Positions 50,471 through 59,739 of a stretch of DNA of 64,000 nt are shown in pieces; position 1 is the first letter of the stretch; each line of letters starts with the position of its first letter. Under the pieces are notes generated by a model, which was given only the letters and a program-made list of their open reading frames with translations, searched no databases and was not told where the DNA came from. A program made the position numbers and the translations under genes. The DNA is from an uncultured beta proteobacterium (lineage in GTDB: Bacteria; Pseudomonadota; Gammaproteobacteria; Burkholderiales; Burkholderiaceae_F): the NCBI GenBank assembly GCA_963703945.1, contig CAVPGM010000045.1, positions 50,851 to 114,850 of the forward strand. The letters are read 5' to 3'.

Positions 50471-50890
50471 ATGCAACTGAAGGGCTCGAAGACCGAACAG
50501 AATCTGAAGGACGCGTTTGCCGGTGAGTCGCAGGCAAACCGCCGCTATCTTTATTTCGCGGGAAAGGCTGATGTGGAGGGCTACAACGATGTGGCCGCGG
50601 TATTTCGCTCTACCGCGGAAGGCGAGACCGGCCATGCGCACGGGCACCTTGAGTATCTCGAGGCGGTCGGCGATCCCGCTACCGGCCTGCCGATTGGACC
50701 GACTCGGTCCAACCTGAAGGCTGCGATCGCCGGCGAGACACACGAGTACACCGACATGTACCCGGGCATGGCGAAAGCGGCGCGCTCGGAAGGCTTCGAA
50801 GAGATCGCCGACTGGTTCGAGACGCTCGCCAAGGCCGAACGTTCGCACGCCAACAAGTTCCAGAGGACGCTCGATTCGATCGTCGACTGA
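50471..50890 (+). CDS. Rubrerythrin-family diiron (ferritin-like) protein without a rubredoxin domain
   Basis: GGAGG lies 7 nt before the ATG at 50471. MQLKGSKTEQNLKDAFAGESQANRRYLYFA..., ExxH-type metal ligands (EGETGHAHGH, AGETHEY, AERSHANKF), and no C-terminal CxxC pairs. Confidence 0.88.
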   Translation: MQLKGSKTEQNLKDAFAGESQANRRYLYFAGKADVEGYNDVAAVFRSTAEGETGHAHGHLEYLEAVGDPATGLPIGPTRSNLKAAIAGETHEYTDMYPGMAKAARSEGFEEIADWFETLAKAERSHANKFQRTLDSIVD

Positions 50891-51001
50891 GCTGACTCGC
50901 CTTGGTGATGACCTGACGGCGGCCGGGCTTTGCCCGGCCGCCAGTCTGCTGCGCTGGCCCGTGGATCGGCGCACCTTTTCCTTGAACCTGGAAAGAACGA
51001 C

Positions 51002-52355
51002 ATGACCGTGCGCGAGGGTAGCCTCGAAGCGCCGACTCGGCATCCGCTCGGCTGGAAGACGTCGGAATTCTGGAGCGAGCCGGCGCTGCACCGCGAAATG
51101 GAGCGCGTGTTCGACATCTGCCATGGCTGCCGCCGTTGCGTCAGCCTGTGCGGCGCTTTCCCGACGCTGTTCGACCTGGTGGACAACGGGCCGACCGGAG
51201 AACTCGATGGCGTGCCGAAGGAGAAATACAAGGCCGTGGTCGATCAGTGCTACCTGTGCGACATGTGCTACATGACCAAATGCCCGTACGTGCCGCCGCA
51301 TCCGTGGAATCTTGATTTCCCGCACCTGATGCTGCGCGCCAAGGCGGTCGAGTTCAGGCAGCATGGAGCGAAAGGTACCGACAAGTTCCTGACTTCGACA
51401 GACAAGGTCGGCACCTTCGCGGGCATCCCGATCGTGACCAAGGCCATCAACCTGGTGAACCGCACCGCGCCGGCGCGGGCCGGCATGGAAAAGGTGTTCG
51501 GAGTCGACCGCAACGCCTGGCGGCCCGAGTTCGCGACAACGCGGTTTCGCTCCGCCGCGCGCTCGAATTCGACGCCCCCTGTGGTTGACGGCGTGAAGAC
51601 ACCGGGGAAGGTGGCCATCTTCTCGACCTGCTACGTCAACTACAACGAGCCTGGCATCGGGCACGATCTGATCCGCATCCTCGAGCACAACGCGGTTCCG
51701 TACGTGCTGGTTGAAAAGGAGGCCTGCTGCGGCATGCCCAAGCTCGAGATCGGCGATCTGGACTCGGTCGAGCGATTGAAGAACGTCAACGTTCCGCAAC
51801 TTGCGCGGCTGGCGCGCGATGGCTACGCCATTGTCACTGCGATCCCGTCGTGCACGCTGATGTACAAGCAGGAGCTGCCGCTGATGTTTCCTGACGATGC
51901 CGAGGTGCAGGCTGTCAAGGACGCGATGTGGGACCCGTTCGAATACCTGGTGGCGCGCAATCGCGACGGGCTGCTGAAGACGGACTTCCGTCGTCCACTG
52001 GGAACCGTTTCGTATCATGTTCCGTGTCACGGACGCGTGCAGAACATCGGGCGCAAGACCGAGGAGACTGCTGAAGCTGATACCTGACACGCGCGTGCAC
52101 ACGGTCGAGCGGTGTTCCGGGCACTCCGGACTCTGGGGCACACGCAAGGAGTTTCACGCGATGGCGATGAAGATCGGCAAGCCGGTGTTCAGGAACATGG
52201 CGAGCGTGCAGCCCGACTTTCTCAGCTCGGACTGCCAGCTGGCCGGACACCACATCGAGCAGGGGATCGGCGAGTTTGCGAGCGAAGCCCTGGGCGGGAA
52301 GATACCGCAGGTGGCACACCCGATCACGCTGGTGCGCATGGCCTATGGGCTGTAG
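51002..52355 (+). pseudogene. Heterodisulfide-reductase-related (GlpC/HdrD-like) Fe-S protein with two ferredoxin-type Cys motifs and CCG domains; frameshift near 52070
   Basis: Motifs CHGCRRCVSLCGAFP and CYLCDMCYMTKCPY, then CCG-type motifs (STCYVNY, EACCGMP, PSCTLMYK, HVPCHG). The frame of ORF 50930..52087 ends ...GRKTEET. The conserved continuation LKLIPDTRVHTVERCSGHSG...SDCQLAG... is in ORF 52017..52355. The span is 1354 nt = 3n+1. Confidence 0.82.
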
Positions 52356-52369
52356 ATGGAGAGATGGAT

Positions 52370-52954
52370 ATGAACCGGATTGCACGCGACAGCCTGCTGA
52401 CGCTCGAGGCGTATGCCAGGCAGCGCAAGGAATTTCGGGCGAAGGTGATTGCCCACAAGAAGAACCGCACGCTGCGACTGGGCGAGCACGTGACGTTGAT
52501 ATTCGAGGACGAACTGACCGTGCGCTACCAGATCCAGGAGATGCTGCGCATCGAGAAGACGTTCGAGGAAACGGGCATCCAGGACGAGCTGGATGCCTAC
52601 ACGCCGCTGATACCGGACGGAGCCAACCTCAAGGCCACGATGATGATCGAGTACGAGGATCCGGCGGTGCGCCAAGTCGAACTGGGGCGGCTGCGTGGCA
52701 TCGAAGGTCGCGTGTACGCGCAGGTCGACGGAACCGCGCGGGTGTACGCGATCGCTGACGAGGATCTCGAGCGGGAAAACGAACACAAGACCTCATCGGT
52801 GCATTTCCTTCGTTTCGAGTTCGAGCCCGCCGCCATCGCCGGCTTCCGGAAGGGCGCAGCGGTGGCCATCGGCATCGACCATCCCCGGTATGCGGTGCGG
52901 ATCGACGAGATCGCGCCGCAGGTGCAGGCCGCTCTTGCCCAGGATTTCCACTGA
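52370..52954 (+). CDS. DUF3501-family protein
   Basis: 194 aa from ATG 52370 (within ORF 52112..52954): MNRIARDSLLTLEAYARQRKEFRAKVIAHKKNRTLRLGEHVTLIFEDELTVRYQIQEMLRIEK... The family assignment is from memory of the DUF3501 sequence pattern and its usual neighbourhood (rubrerythrin plus Fe-S protein). Confidence 0.65.
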   Translation: MNRIARDSLLTLEAYARQRKEFRAKVIAHKKNRTLRLGEHVTLIFEDELTVRYQIQEMLRIEKTFEETGIQDELDAYTPLIPDGANLKATMMIEYEDPAVRQVELGRLRGIEGRVYAQVDGTARVYAIADEDLERENEHKTSSVHFLRFEFEPAAIAGFRKGAAVAIGIDHPRYAVRIDEIAPQVQAALAQDFH

Positions 52955-54077
52955 CGATCCGGTCGAACGGATCCCGTCTGACGATCCGGTCGTCGGCGCT
53001 TCCGCACCCGTCATATTCGCGCGCAAGGGTCGCGGCGCAGTCTCGAATGTGCCGCATCGATTTGAGTCCGTGCAGCGCTTGGCCGATGTCGAGCATCTGG
53101 CCGCAGAGGAAGACGACCCACTGCCGCCGCTCGCCACGACGGTCACGATGGAGACCGCGCGGTCCGTCATCACGCGCAACGATTCGCCGGACATCGGATT
53201 CGACCGCTCGATCAATCCGTACCGCGGTTGCGAGCACGGCTGTATCTACTGCTATGCGCGTCCGTCGCACAGCTATCTGAACCTGTCGCCCGGGCTCGAT
53301 TTCGAAACGAGGCTGATCGCCAAGAGCAACGTGGTCGAGGTGCTGCAGCGCGAGCTCGCGGCACCCGGCTATGCGCCGGAACTGATCATGGTAGGCCCGA
53401 ACACCGATGCCTATCAGCCGATCGAGCGCGAACTCAGGCTGACGCGGGGCATCCTCGAAGTGCTGTCCGCCACGCGTCATCCGTTCGGCCTCGTCACCAA
53501 GTCGGCATTGGTCGAACGCGATCTCGACCTGATCGCTCCGATGGCGGCCGAGCGGCTGGCTTCGGTGAGCATCAGCATCACGACGCTGGATTCATCGCTG
53601 TCGCGCATCCTCGAGCCGCGCGCCGCCAGTCCGCAGCGACGTTTGCGCGCGCTGCGCACGTTGGTGGCGGCCGGCGTCCCGGTGCGCGTCAACGTCGCTC
53701 CGATCATTCCGTTCATCAACGAACCGGAGATCGAGGCGATCATCGATGCTGCGGCTCAGTGCGGTGCGCGGCAGGCCCATTACACGGTGATCCGGTTGCC
53801 GTGGGAGGTGAGCCCGCTGTTTGAGGAATGGCTGCAAGCGCACTATCCTGACCGCGCACAGCGTGTGATGAACCGCATCCGCGACATGCGCGGCGGGAAG
53901 AACTACAACGCGCAGTTCGGCCGCCGCATGACCGGCGAAGGAACATGGGCCGATCTGATCGCCCAGCGGTTCCGGCGGGCTTCGGCCCGCCACGGATTCA
54001 GCGACGAGCTTCCGCTCCTGCGCCGCGACTTGTTCGTCCCGCCCCGGCCGACCGGTCCCCAGCTCGCGCTGTTTTGA
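52935..54077 (+). CDS. Radical SAM protein, PA0069 / SplB-like family; start codon unresolved
   Basis: The conserved part of ORF 52695..54077 runs from ...KGRGAVSNVPHRFE and includes the radical SAM cluster motif CEHGCIYCY. There is no ATG between the DUF3501 stop and the KGRGA motif. TTG 52935 is the nearest plausible start. Confidence 0.8.
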   Translation: MPRISTDDPVERIPSDDPVVGASAPVIFARKGRGAVSNVPHRFESVQRLADVEHLAAEEDDPLPPLATTVTMETARSVITRNDSPDIGFDRSINPYRGCEHGCIYCYARPSHSYLNLSPGLDFETRLIAKSNVVEVLQRELAAPGYAPELIMVGPNTDAYQPIERELRLTRGILEVLSATRHPFGLVTKSALVERDLDLIAPMAAERLASVSISITTLDSSLSRILEPRAASPQRRLRALRTLVAAGVPVRVNVAPIIPFINEPEIEAIIDAAAQCGARQAHYTVIRLPWEVSPLFEEWLQAHYPDRAQRVMNRIRDMRGGKNYNAQFGRRMTGEGTWADLIAQRFRRASARHGFSDELPLLRRDLFVPPRPTGPQLALF

Positions 54078-54083
54078 GTTGCT

Positions 54084-54494
54084 TCATCCCGACGTGCGCA
54101 GCGCGTACTCGAAATACGTCTGGAACAGCAGCGCGATCGTCGCCATCAGCGCGATTGCGCCCCCAGCCAGCGTGGCTATCGCTACCAGGACGGCATCCCA
54201 GCCGCTGTGATTGCGGCGAGCTTGCCCGACATTGAAGCGGGCGTCGAACTGCTCATCGGGCGCCAGCGCCAAAACCAGGGCGTGGATGAAGCCGGCGGTA
54301 ACCGGAATCATCAGCACGAAGAACGCCGGGGCCTGGTACCAGTGCCGGTCCCCGATCAGCCACGGCAATGTCCCGGCTGTCACGCCGAGCGGCAACCACC
54401 AGAGCGCCTGGCCGAGGTAGAGACGGTCGAACCCGAGCGAGCCGGCAAGCGATGCGAGCAGTGCTGCAAATGCCTTGTGTCGGAATCGCGTCAC
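54084..54494 (-). CDS. Small membrane protein, possibly TM2-domain family
   Basis: ORF 54084..54713 would overlap rpsP. An internal GTG at 54494 gives 136 aa with several TM segments and a TM2-like pattern KAFAALLASLAGSLGFDRLYLGQ. The assignment is weak. Confidence 0.45.
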   Translation of the reverse strand: MTRFRHKAFAALLASLAGSLGFDRLYLGQALWWLPLGVTAGTLPWLIGDRHWYQAPAFFVLMIPVTAGFIHALVLALAPDEQFDARFNVGQARRNHSGWDAVLVAIATLAGGAIALMATIALLFQTYFEYALRTSG

Positions 54495-54505
54495 GGGGGT
54501 CTCGC

Positions 54506-54535
54506 TTGCTTGGCCCGGCTCGTGCCGGATACAAT
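54506..54535 (+). promoter_or_regulatory. Candidate sigma70 promoter for the rpsP operon (TTGCTT-N18-TACAAT)
   Basis: Hexamers at 54506..54511 and 54530..54535, about 80 nt upstream of the rpsP ATG. Confidence 0.4.
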
Positions 54536-54615
54536 CACCGGTTTTCCGCTGGGACAGGCGCTGCCCCTGGGGGCGTGGCAAGTCACGGTGAGCAATCCGA
54601 GACAAGGAACTGATT

Positions 54616-54867
54616 ATGGTCGTGATTCGACTTGCCCGCGGCGGCGCTAAGAAGCGGCCGTTCTTCAACATCGTCGCCACCGATTCGCGCAATCCGCGCG
54701 ACGGCCGATTCATCGAGCGCGTCGGGTTCTACAACCCGGTGGCGGCGGAAAACGAACCCAAGTTGCGGATCGCCGCGGACCGCCTGACCTACTGGACCGG
54801 GGTAGGCGCACGCATGTCGCCGACCGTCGCGCGCCTGGTCAAGGAGCACACGCCGGCTGCGGCGTAG
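54616..54867 (+). CDS. rpsP: 30S ribosomal protein S16
   Basis: 83 aa, [41 protein letters not shown]... Confidence 0.95.
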   Translation: MVVIRLARGGAKKRPFFNIVATDSRNPRDGRFIERVGFYNPVAAENEPKLRIAADRLTYWTGVGARMSPTVARLVKEHTPAAA

Positions 54868-54877
54868 TGCCCGCGTA

Positions 54878-55417
54878 GTGCCCGAGGCAGCGGCCGGCGA
54901 GAGCGAGCCGCCAGCCGATCTGGTGGAGCTTGGCGTGGTGCGTGGCGCCTACGGTCTGAAGGGCTGGGCCCGGTTCGTTCCGTATGCCACCGACAGCGAA
55001 GCCTTGTCGGGCGCACGCCGGTGGTGGCTGAGCGGGCCGGCCGGCAAGCAGGCCGTGGTGCCCGAAGGTGCGCGGCGGCACGGCGACGCGATGCTGGTCA
55101 AGTGGGCGGGCTGTGATTCGAAGGAGCGGGCCGACTTCTGGAAGGGCGCAACGCTGGCGGTCAGTCGCGTCGAATTTCCGCCACTGGCCGATGGCGAGTA
55201 CTACTGGACCGACCTGTTGGGATGTCGCGTTGTCGACCGCGATGGAGAGGAACTGGGAGTCGTCGGGGGACTGCGCGAAAATCCCGGCGGCCAGTGGCTG
55301 GAAGTGCTGAGGGCGCAGGGCGAACGGCCGATCCTCATTCCCTTGGTCGAGCAATATGTTGAAAGCGTCGATCTGCTCCGTAAGCGGGTGCAGGTCGACT
55401 GGCAGGAAGACTGGTGA
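54878..55417 (+). CDS. rimM: Ribosome maturation factor RimM
   Basis: 179 aa (GTG start). ...[16 protein letters not shown]... and a PRC-barrel C-terminus, in rpsP-rimM-trmD-rplS order. Confidence 0.88.
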   Translation: MPEAAAGESEPPADLVELGVVRGAYGLKGWARFVPYATDSEALSGARRWWLSGPAGKQAVVPEGARRHGDAMLVKWAGCDSKERADFWKGATLAVSRVEFPPLADGEYYWTDLLGCRVVDRDGEELGVVGGLRENPGGQWLEVLRAQGERPILIPLVEQYVESVDLLRKRVQVDWQEDW

Positions 55418-56184
55418 TGCGCTTCGATGTGGTGACGCTGTTTCCCGCGATGTTCGCGGCGATCACGGAGCACGGGATCACGCGGCGCGCCCATCAGCAG
55501 GGACTCTGGTCACTGTCGCTGTGGAACCCGCGCGACTACACGACCGACGCTCACCGCACGGTCGACGACCGCCCGTACGGTGGCGGCCCCGGGATGGTGA
55601 TGATGGCCGAGCCCCTCGCGCTGGCGGTCGAGGCGATACGGAAGGATGGCGGCGCGGCGCGGGTGGTTGCGCTGGCGCCGAACGGCAGGCCGATCGGTGA
55701 TGCGATGGTCCGTCGCTGGGCCGATGAGGCAGTGACGCTGGCAATAGTGTGCGGCCGCTACGAGGGCATCGATCAACGCTTCCTCGACGAGTGCGTCGAC
55801 GACGTCGTCTCGGTCGGGGACTTCGTGATGTCGGGTGGAGAACTGGCCGCGATGTCGTTGATCGATGCGGTGGTGCGGCAGTTGCCCGGCTCACTGAAGG
55901 ACGAGTCGACGGACGATGAGTCTTTTTCGACCGGCTTGCTCGACGGGCCGCATTACACTCGACCCGAGCAATGGCGCGGCCTCGCCGTGCCGCCGGTGCT
56001 CCTGTCGGGTCACCATGACGAGATCGGCGCCTGGCGGCGTCGCAATGCGTTGCGAGTCACTTGGCGTGACCGGCCTGACATGATTGAACGTGCGCGTGCG
56101 GAGGGTCGATTGTCCGCGGGCGACGAAAAGGAATTGCGCGAACTGGTGCGCATGGGTGTGGCGGAATCGGAATCCGCTGCTTGA
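55414..56184 (+). CDS. trmD: tRNA (guanine37-N1)-methyltransferase
   Basis: 256 aa, [13 protein letters not shown]...[13 protein letters not shown]...[10 protein letters not shown]... Confidence 0.95.
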   Translation: MMRFDVVTLFPAMFAAITEHGITRRAHQQGLWSLSLWNPRDYTTDAHRTVDDRPYGGGPGMVMMAEPLALAVEAIRKDGGAARVVALAPNGRPIGDAMVRRWADEAVTLAIVCGRYEGIDQRFLDECVDDVVSVGDFVMSGGELAAMSLIDAVVRQLPGSLKDESTDDESFSTGLLDGPHYTRPEQWRGLAVPPVLLSGHHDEIGAWRRRNALRVTWRDRPDMIERARAEGRLSAGDEKELRELVRMGVAESESAA

Positions 56185-56252
56185 CGTCAACCATCCTCTC
56201 GCGCGGCACACCAACGATGACAGCCGCGCGACGATGGGATCAGGAGTTGGCA

Positions 56253-56672
56253 ATGAACATCATCGAGAAACTTGAACAGGAAGAACTGGCGCGAGTGACC
56301 GCCAGCAAGACGATTCCCGAGTTCGCTCCCGGCGACACGGTGATCGTCAACGTGAACGTCGTCGAGGGCACGCGCAAGCGCATCCAGGCCTATGAAGGTG
56401 TGGTGATCGGCCGGCGCAACCGCGGGCTCAATTCGTCGTTCGTGGTGCGCAAGGTATCGAGCGGTGAGGGCGTCGAGCGCACCTTCCAGCTCTATTCGCC
56501 GAGCATCGCCTCGATCGAGGTCAAGCGCCGCGGCGACGTGCGACGCGCCAAGCTCTACTACCTGCGCGACCGCTCGGGCAAGTCGGCCCGCATCCGCGAG
56601 AAGCTTTCCCACAAGAGCGCCGCCGACAAGGCTGCGGCGGACAAGGCGTCGGCCGGCGAGGCGTCGGAGTAG
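56253..56672 (+). CDS. rplS: 50S ribosomal protein L19 with a short Lys/Ala-rich C-terminal extension
   Basis: CAGGAG RBS, then ATG 56253. [12 protein letters not shown]...[29 protein letters not shown]..., with the tail ...[19 protein letters not shown]. Confidence 0.93.
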   Translation: MNIIEKLEQEELARVTASKTIPEFAPGDTVIVNVNVVEGTRKRIQAYEGVVIGRRNRGLNSSFVVRKVSSGEGVERTFQLYSPSIASIEVKRRGDVRRAKLYYLRDRSGKSARIREKLSHKSAADKAAADKASAGEASE

Positions 56673-56690
56673 CTGCGTTGGCCGCGCCGC

Positions 56691-56720
56691 AGGGCCGCCC
56701 CGGGCGGCCCTTTGCGTTTG
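56691..56720 (+). terminator. Rho-independent terminator after rplS
   Basis: AGGGCCGCC-CCG-GGCGGCCCT hairpin followed by ttgcgtttg. Confidence 0.7.
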
Positions 56721-56766
56721 TAACCGTGCGCCTCAGCGATCCGGCACGACGTGCCGGCATGCTGCA

Positions 56767-57480
56767 ATGACCGCGAATTCCGTTCAGCCGCGGCGTCCGC
56801 TGTTCGATCCGGAACAGGTTCCGCTCGATCCGACGTTCGACAATCCGGCGGTGCGCGGGGCGAGCGTCGCTCGCGTTCGGCTCACACCGTCGGCACTGCG
56901 CGAGCGCTTCGCCGCGCCGGGATCCTGGCAGCCCGAACTGCGGTCCGATCCACGGCTGTACCAGATCGATACGGCGCCGCGCCCGGCGGCCGTGCTGATG
57001 CCCCTGATCGTTCACGGTGAGCAGGTCCACGTGTTGTTGACACAGCGCACCGCGCATCTGACCGACCATGCCGGCCAGATCAGTTTTCCTGGGGGACGTG
57101 TCGAGGAGCACGATGCCGACACGGTCGCGACCGCACTGCGCGAAACCGAGGAAGAGATCGGACTGCTCGCCGAGCGGGTCGAAGTGATCGGGTCACTTCC
57201 CGAATACACGACCGTGACCGGCTATTGCGTGACTCCGGTGGTGGGGATGGTCGAGCCGCCGGTGTCACTGACGCTGGATACCTTCGAGGTCTCGGAAGCG
57301 TTCGAGGTGCCGCTGGGATTTCTGATGGATCCCGCGCATCACGAACGCCGCATCGTCACGCTGGGCGACGTCTCGCGCACTTTCTACGCGATGCCCTACG
57401 AGGCGGACGGGCGGCGATACTTCATCTGGGGCGCGACGGCTGCCATGCTGCGCAATCTTTACCATCTGCTGCGCGCCTGA
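56767..57480 (+). CDS. NUDIX hydrolase, CoA pyrophosphatase type
   Basis: Conserved from MTANSVQPRRP... within ORF 56464..57480. Nudix box GGRVEEHDADTVATALRETEEEIGL preceded by ...ISFPGG. Confidence 0.85.
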   Translation: MTANSVQPRRPLFDPEQVPLDPTFDNPAVRGASVARVRLTPSALRERFAAPGSWQPELRSDPRLYQIDTAPRPAAVLMPLIVHGEQVHVLLTQRTAHLTDHAGQISFPGGRVEEHDADTVATALRETEEEIGLLAERVEVIGSLPEYTTVTGYCVTPVVGMVEPPVSLTLDTFEVSEAFEVPLGFLMDPAHHERRIVTLGDVSRTFYAMPYEADGRRYFIWGATAAMLRNLYHLLRA

Positions 57481-57519
57481 GCCAGTCGGCGGTCGCCCCT
57501 ACAATCCGGCGCAAGGAGA

Positions 57520-58491
57520 ATGTCTTTGGCCTGGCTGTCGCTGGTGATCACGTTGTTCCTCGAGCAGCTTCGCGCGTTGCCGAGCGAGAACCCGGTGTAT
57601 GCGTCGGTCCGGCACGTCTCTTCGTGGGCCGAGGGCAATCTGAACGCGGGCCGGCCCCGTCACGGCTTCTACGCCTGGCTGCTGGTTGTGGTCGGCCTGA
57701 CGCTGGCGGTCGGCCTGCTTTATTCGCTGCTGGTTTCAATCAACTGGCTGCTTGGGCTGCTGCTCAACGTCGCGGTGCTCTATTTCGCGCTCGGGTTCCG
57801 CCAATTCAGTCATCGCGGCAGCGAGATCCAGATTGCTCTGGCCAATGGCGACATCGCCGCCGCACGCCGCGAGTTGACCGCATGGAAGAGCCTGAGCGAT
57901 CCGAGCTACACCGCGGCAGACCTGTCGCCGGACGAGGTTGTGCGCCAGGCCATCGAACACGGATTGCTGCTGGCGCAGCGCCACGTCTTCGGAGTGTTCT
58001 TCTGGTTTGTCTTGCTGCCGGGCCCGATGGGCGCGGTGTTCTATCGCCTCGCAGAGCACTCGGCACGGGTCTGGAACCGGCCGCCCGCACCGCCGACGCC
58101 GGCAGACCGGTTCGGCGAGTTGGCGCGCCGCGCCTTTGCGTGGATTGACTGGGCGCCCGCGCGGCTGACCGCGCTCGGCTACGCCATCGTCGGCGATTTC
58201 GAAGGGGCAATCTATTGCTGGCGCCAGGTCTCGCGCGAGCAATCGGTCGATGGGCTGCCGGCGCCCGATGCCCGCACGCTGATCCTGGCCGCCGCCGGCG
58301 GCGCACTCGGCCTGCGCTTGATGCCCGAGGCCGAAAGCGTCCGCTATTTCGACGAAGCCGGCAACGAAGGTGCCGGCTTGGCCGAGCCCGGACCACCCGC
58401 AGTGCGGGCCGTCGTCGGACTGGTCTGGCGCTCGCTGCTGCTGTGGCTCGCTCTGCTGCTGCTGCTGACGCTCGCCCGGTTGATCGCCTGA
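57520..58491 (+). CDS. CobD/CbiB-family (AmpE-like) membrane protein
   Basis: AAGGAG RBS; 323 aa, multi-TM. MSLAWLSLVITLFLEQLRALP... is typical of this family. Confidence 0.7.
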   Translation: MSLAWLSLVITLFLEQLRALPSENPVYASVRHVSSWAEGNLNAGRPRHGFYAWLLVVVGLTLAVGLLYSLLVSINWLLGLLLNVAVLYFALGFRQFSHRGSEIQIALANGDIAAARRELTAWKSLSDPSYTAADLSPDEVVRQAIEHGLLLAQRHVFGVFFWFVLLPGPMGAVFYRLAEHSARVWNRPPAPPTPADRFGELARRAFAWIDWAPARLTALGYAIVGDFEGAIYCWRQVSREQSVDGLPAPDARTLILAAAGGALGLRLMPEAESVRYFDEAGNEGAGLAEPGPPAVRAVVGLVWRSLLLWLALLLLLTLARLIA

Positions 58492-58512
58492 TCAACCGAT
58501 TCTGGGGTTCGG

Positions 58513-58821
58513 TCAGTCCGGCCGCGCCGCACCGCATTGCCAGCACGCGCCAAACTGCGGTTCCGAAGTTTCGCCGCAGGCGGTGCATAGCCAACCCGGG
58601 CCGCGCAACGGGCGCCGCAGTTCCTGCAGGATCTCGCGTGCGCGCGCTTCGTCCGCGTCGCGCTCGATCCACAGTTGAGGCGCGCATTCGAGGAACGGAA
58701 TCTCGCCGATCGCGCCGGACAGGCTGGTATTGCGAAGCTGGCAGCGGATGCCCGCAGCGCGCAGCGATTCGGCCCAGATTGTCGCCAGCACCAGATGGTC
58801 AGCACGCGCCAGCAATTTCAT
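58513..58821 (-). CDS. DUF2007-like small protein with a C-terminal CxxC...CxxC motif
   Basis: 102 aa from ATG 58821 within ORF 58513..58947 (MKLLARADHLVLATIWAESLRAAGI...CTACGE...CWQCG). It overlaps the rsgA stop by 4 nt. Confidence 0.55.
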   Translation of the reverse strand: MKLLARADHLVLATIWAESLRAAGIRCQLRNTSLSGAIGEIPFLECAPQLWIERDADEARAREILQELRRPLRGPGWLCTACGETSEPQFGACWQCGAARPD

Positions 58822-59738
58822 CGAGCCGCCTGCTGGGTCAAGTGACGATAGAACTCGTAGCGTGCCGGCGCGATCGCGCCGGCGCTTACCGCGCTGCAGA
58901 TCGCACATTCGGGTTCGGCCAGGTGCCTGCAGTCGAGGAAGCGGCATTGCCCCAGGTACGGAGCGAAGTCGGGAAAGCCGCTCATCATCGCGTTCGCGTC
59001 CACGTGCGCCAGCCCGAACTCCGAAAACCCGGGCGTGTCGACGAGCGCACCGCCGTCCGGCAGTGCGAACCAGCGCGCCGCGGTGGTCGTCTGCTTGCCG
59101 CCGTCCAGTCGAACGGAAAATTCACGCGTGCGCGCGCGCGCATCGGGAACAAGCAGGTTGAGCAGCGTGGACTTGCCCATGCCGGACTCGCCGACGAGCA
59201 GCGACTGGCGCCCGTGCAGCAACGGACGAAGGACTTCGCTTGCCTGTTCGGGCTGCGCGCGCGCCGACACGGAGGCTGTGCGCACGCCGAGTGCCGCGAT
59301 CTCGTCCAGTGCGGCCTGCGCGGCGGCCGCGCCTTCGTCGAGGTCCGCCTTGTTGCGGATGACCAGGGCGTCGATATCGGCCGCGCGCGCAGCGAGCAGT
59401 GCCTTCCACACGAACCATTGATTGAACGTCGGGCGCGAGGCGAACACGACTACTGTCTGATCGACATTGGCCGCGAGTTTCTTGGTCCGGAACGCGTCCG
59501 CGCGGTAGAGCAGGGAGCGGCGGGGTTCGATGGACTCGATCGCCGCCTGACCCGGTCCCGCGGGCACGGCCAACACGCGGTCTCCGACGGCGACATCGCT
59601 GCGGCGGCCGCGCCGCACTGCGGACCACAGGCCGCCGACGTCATCCTCGAGCGCGCAGTTGCGGCCGTAGGTCGCGGTGACGCGTGCGCTGAACCTGTCG
59701 CTGATGCGAGCGACCGGTCGCGCGACGGCGCACATCAC
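58818..59738 (-). CDS. rsgA: Ribosome small subunit-dependent GTPase A
   Basis: 306 aa. Circularly permuted GTPase motifs (IRNKADL ... GESGMGKSTLLN ... DTPG) and a C-terminal zinc motif (CRFLDCRHLAEPECAI). Confidence 0.9.
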   Translation of the reverse strand: MMCAVARPVARISDRFSARVTATYGRNCALEDDVGGLWSAVRRGRRSDVAVGDRVLAVPAGPGQAAIESIEPRRSLLYRADAFRTKKLAANVDQTVVVFASRPTFNQWFVWKALLAARAADIDALVIRNKADLDEGAAAAQAALDEIAALGVRTASVSARAQPEQASEVLRPLLHGRQSLLVGESGMGKSTLLNLLVPDARARTREFSVRLDGGKQTTTAARWFALPDGGALVDTPGFSEFGLAHVDANAMMSGFPDFAPYLGQCRFLDCRHLAEPECAICSAVSAGAIAPARYEFYRHLTQQAAR

Positions 59739-59739
59739 G

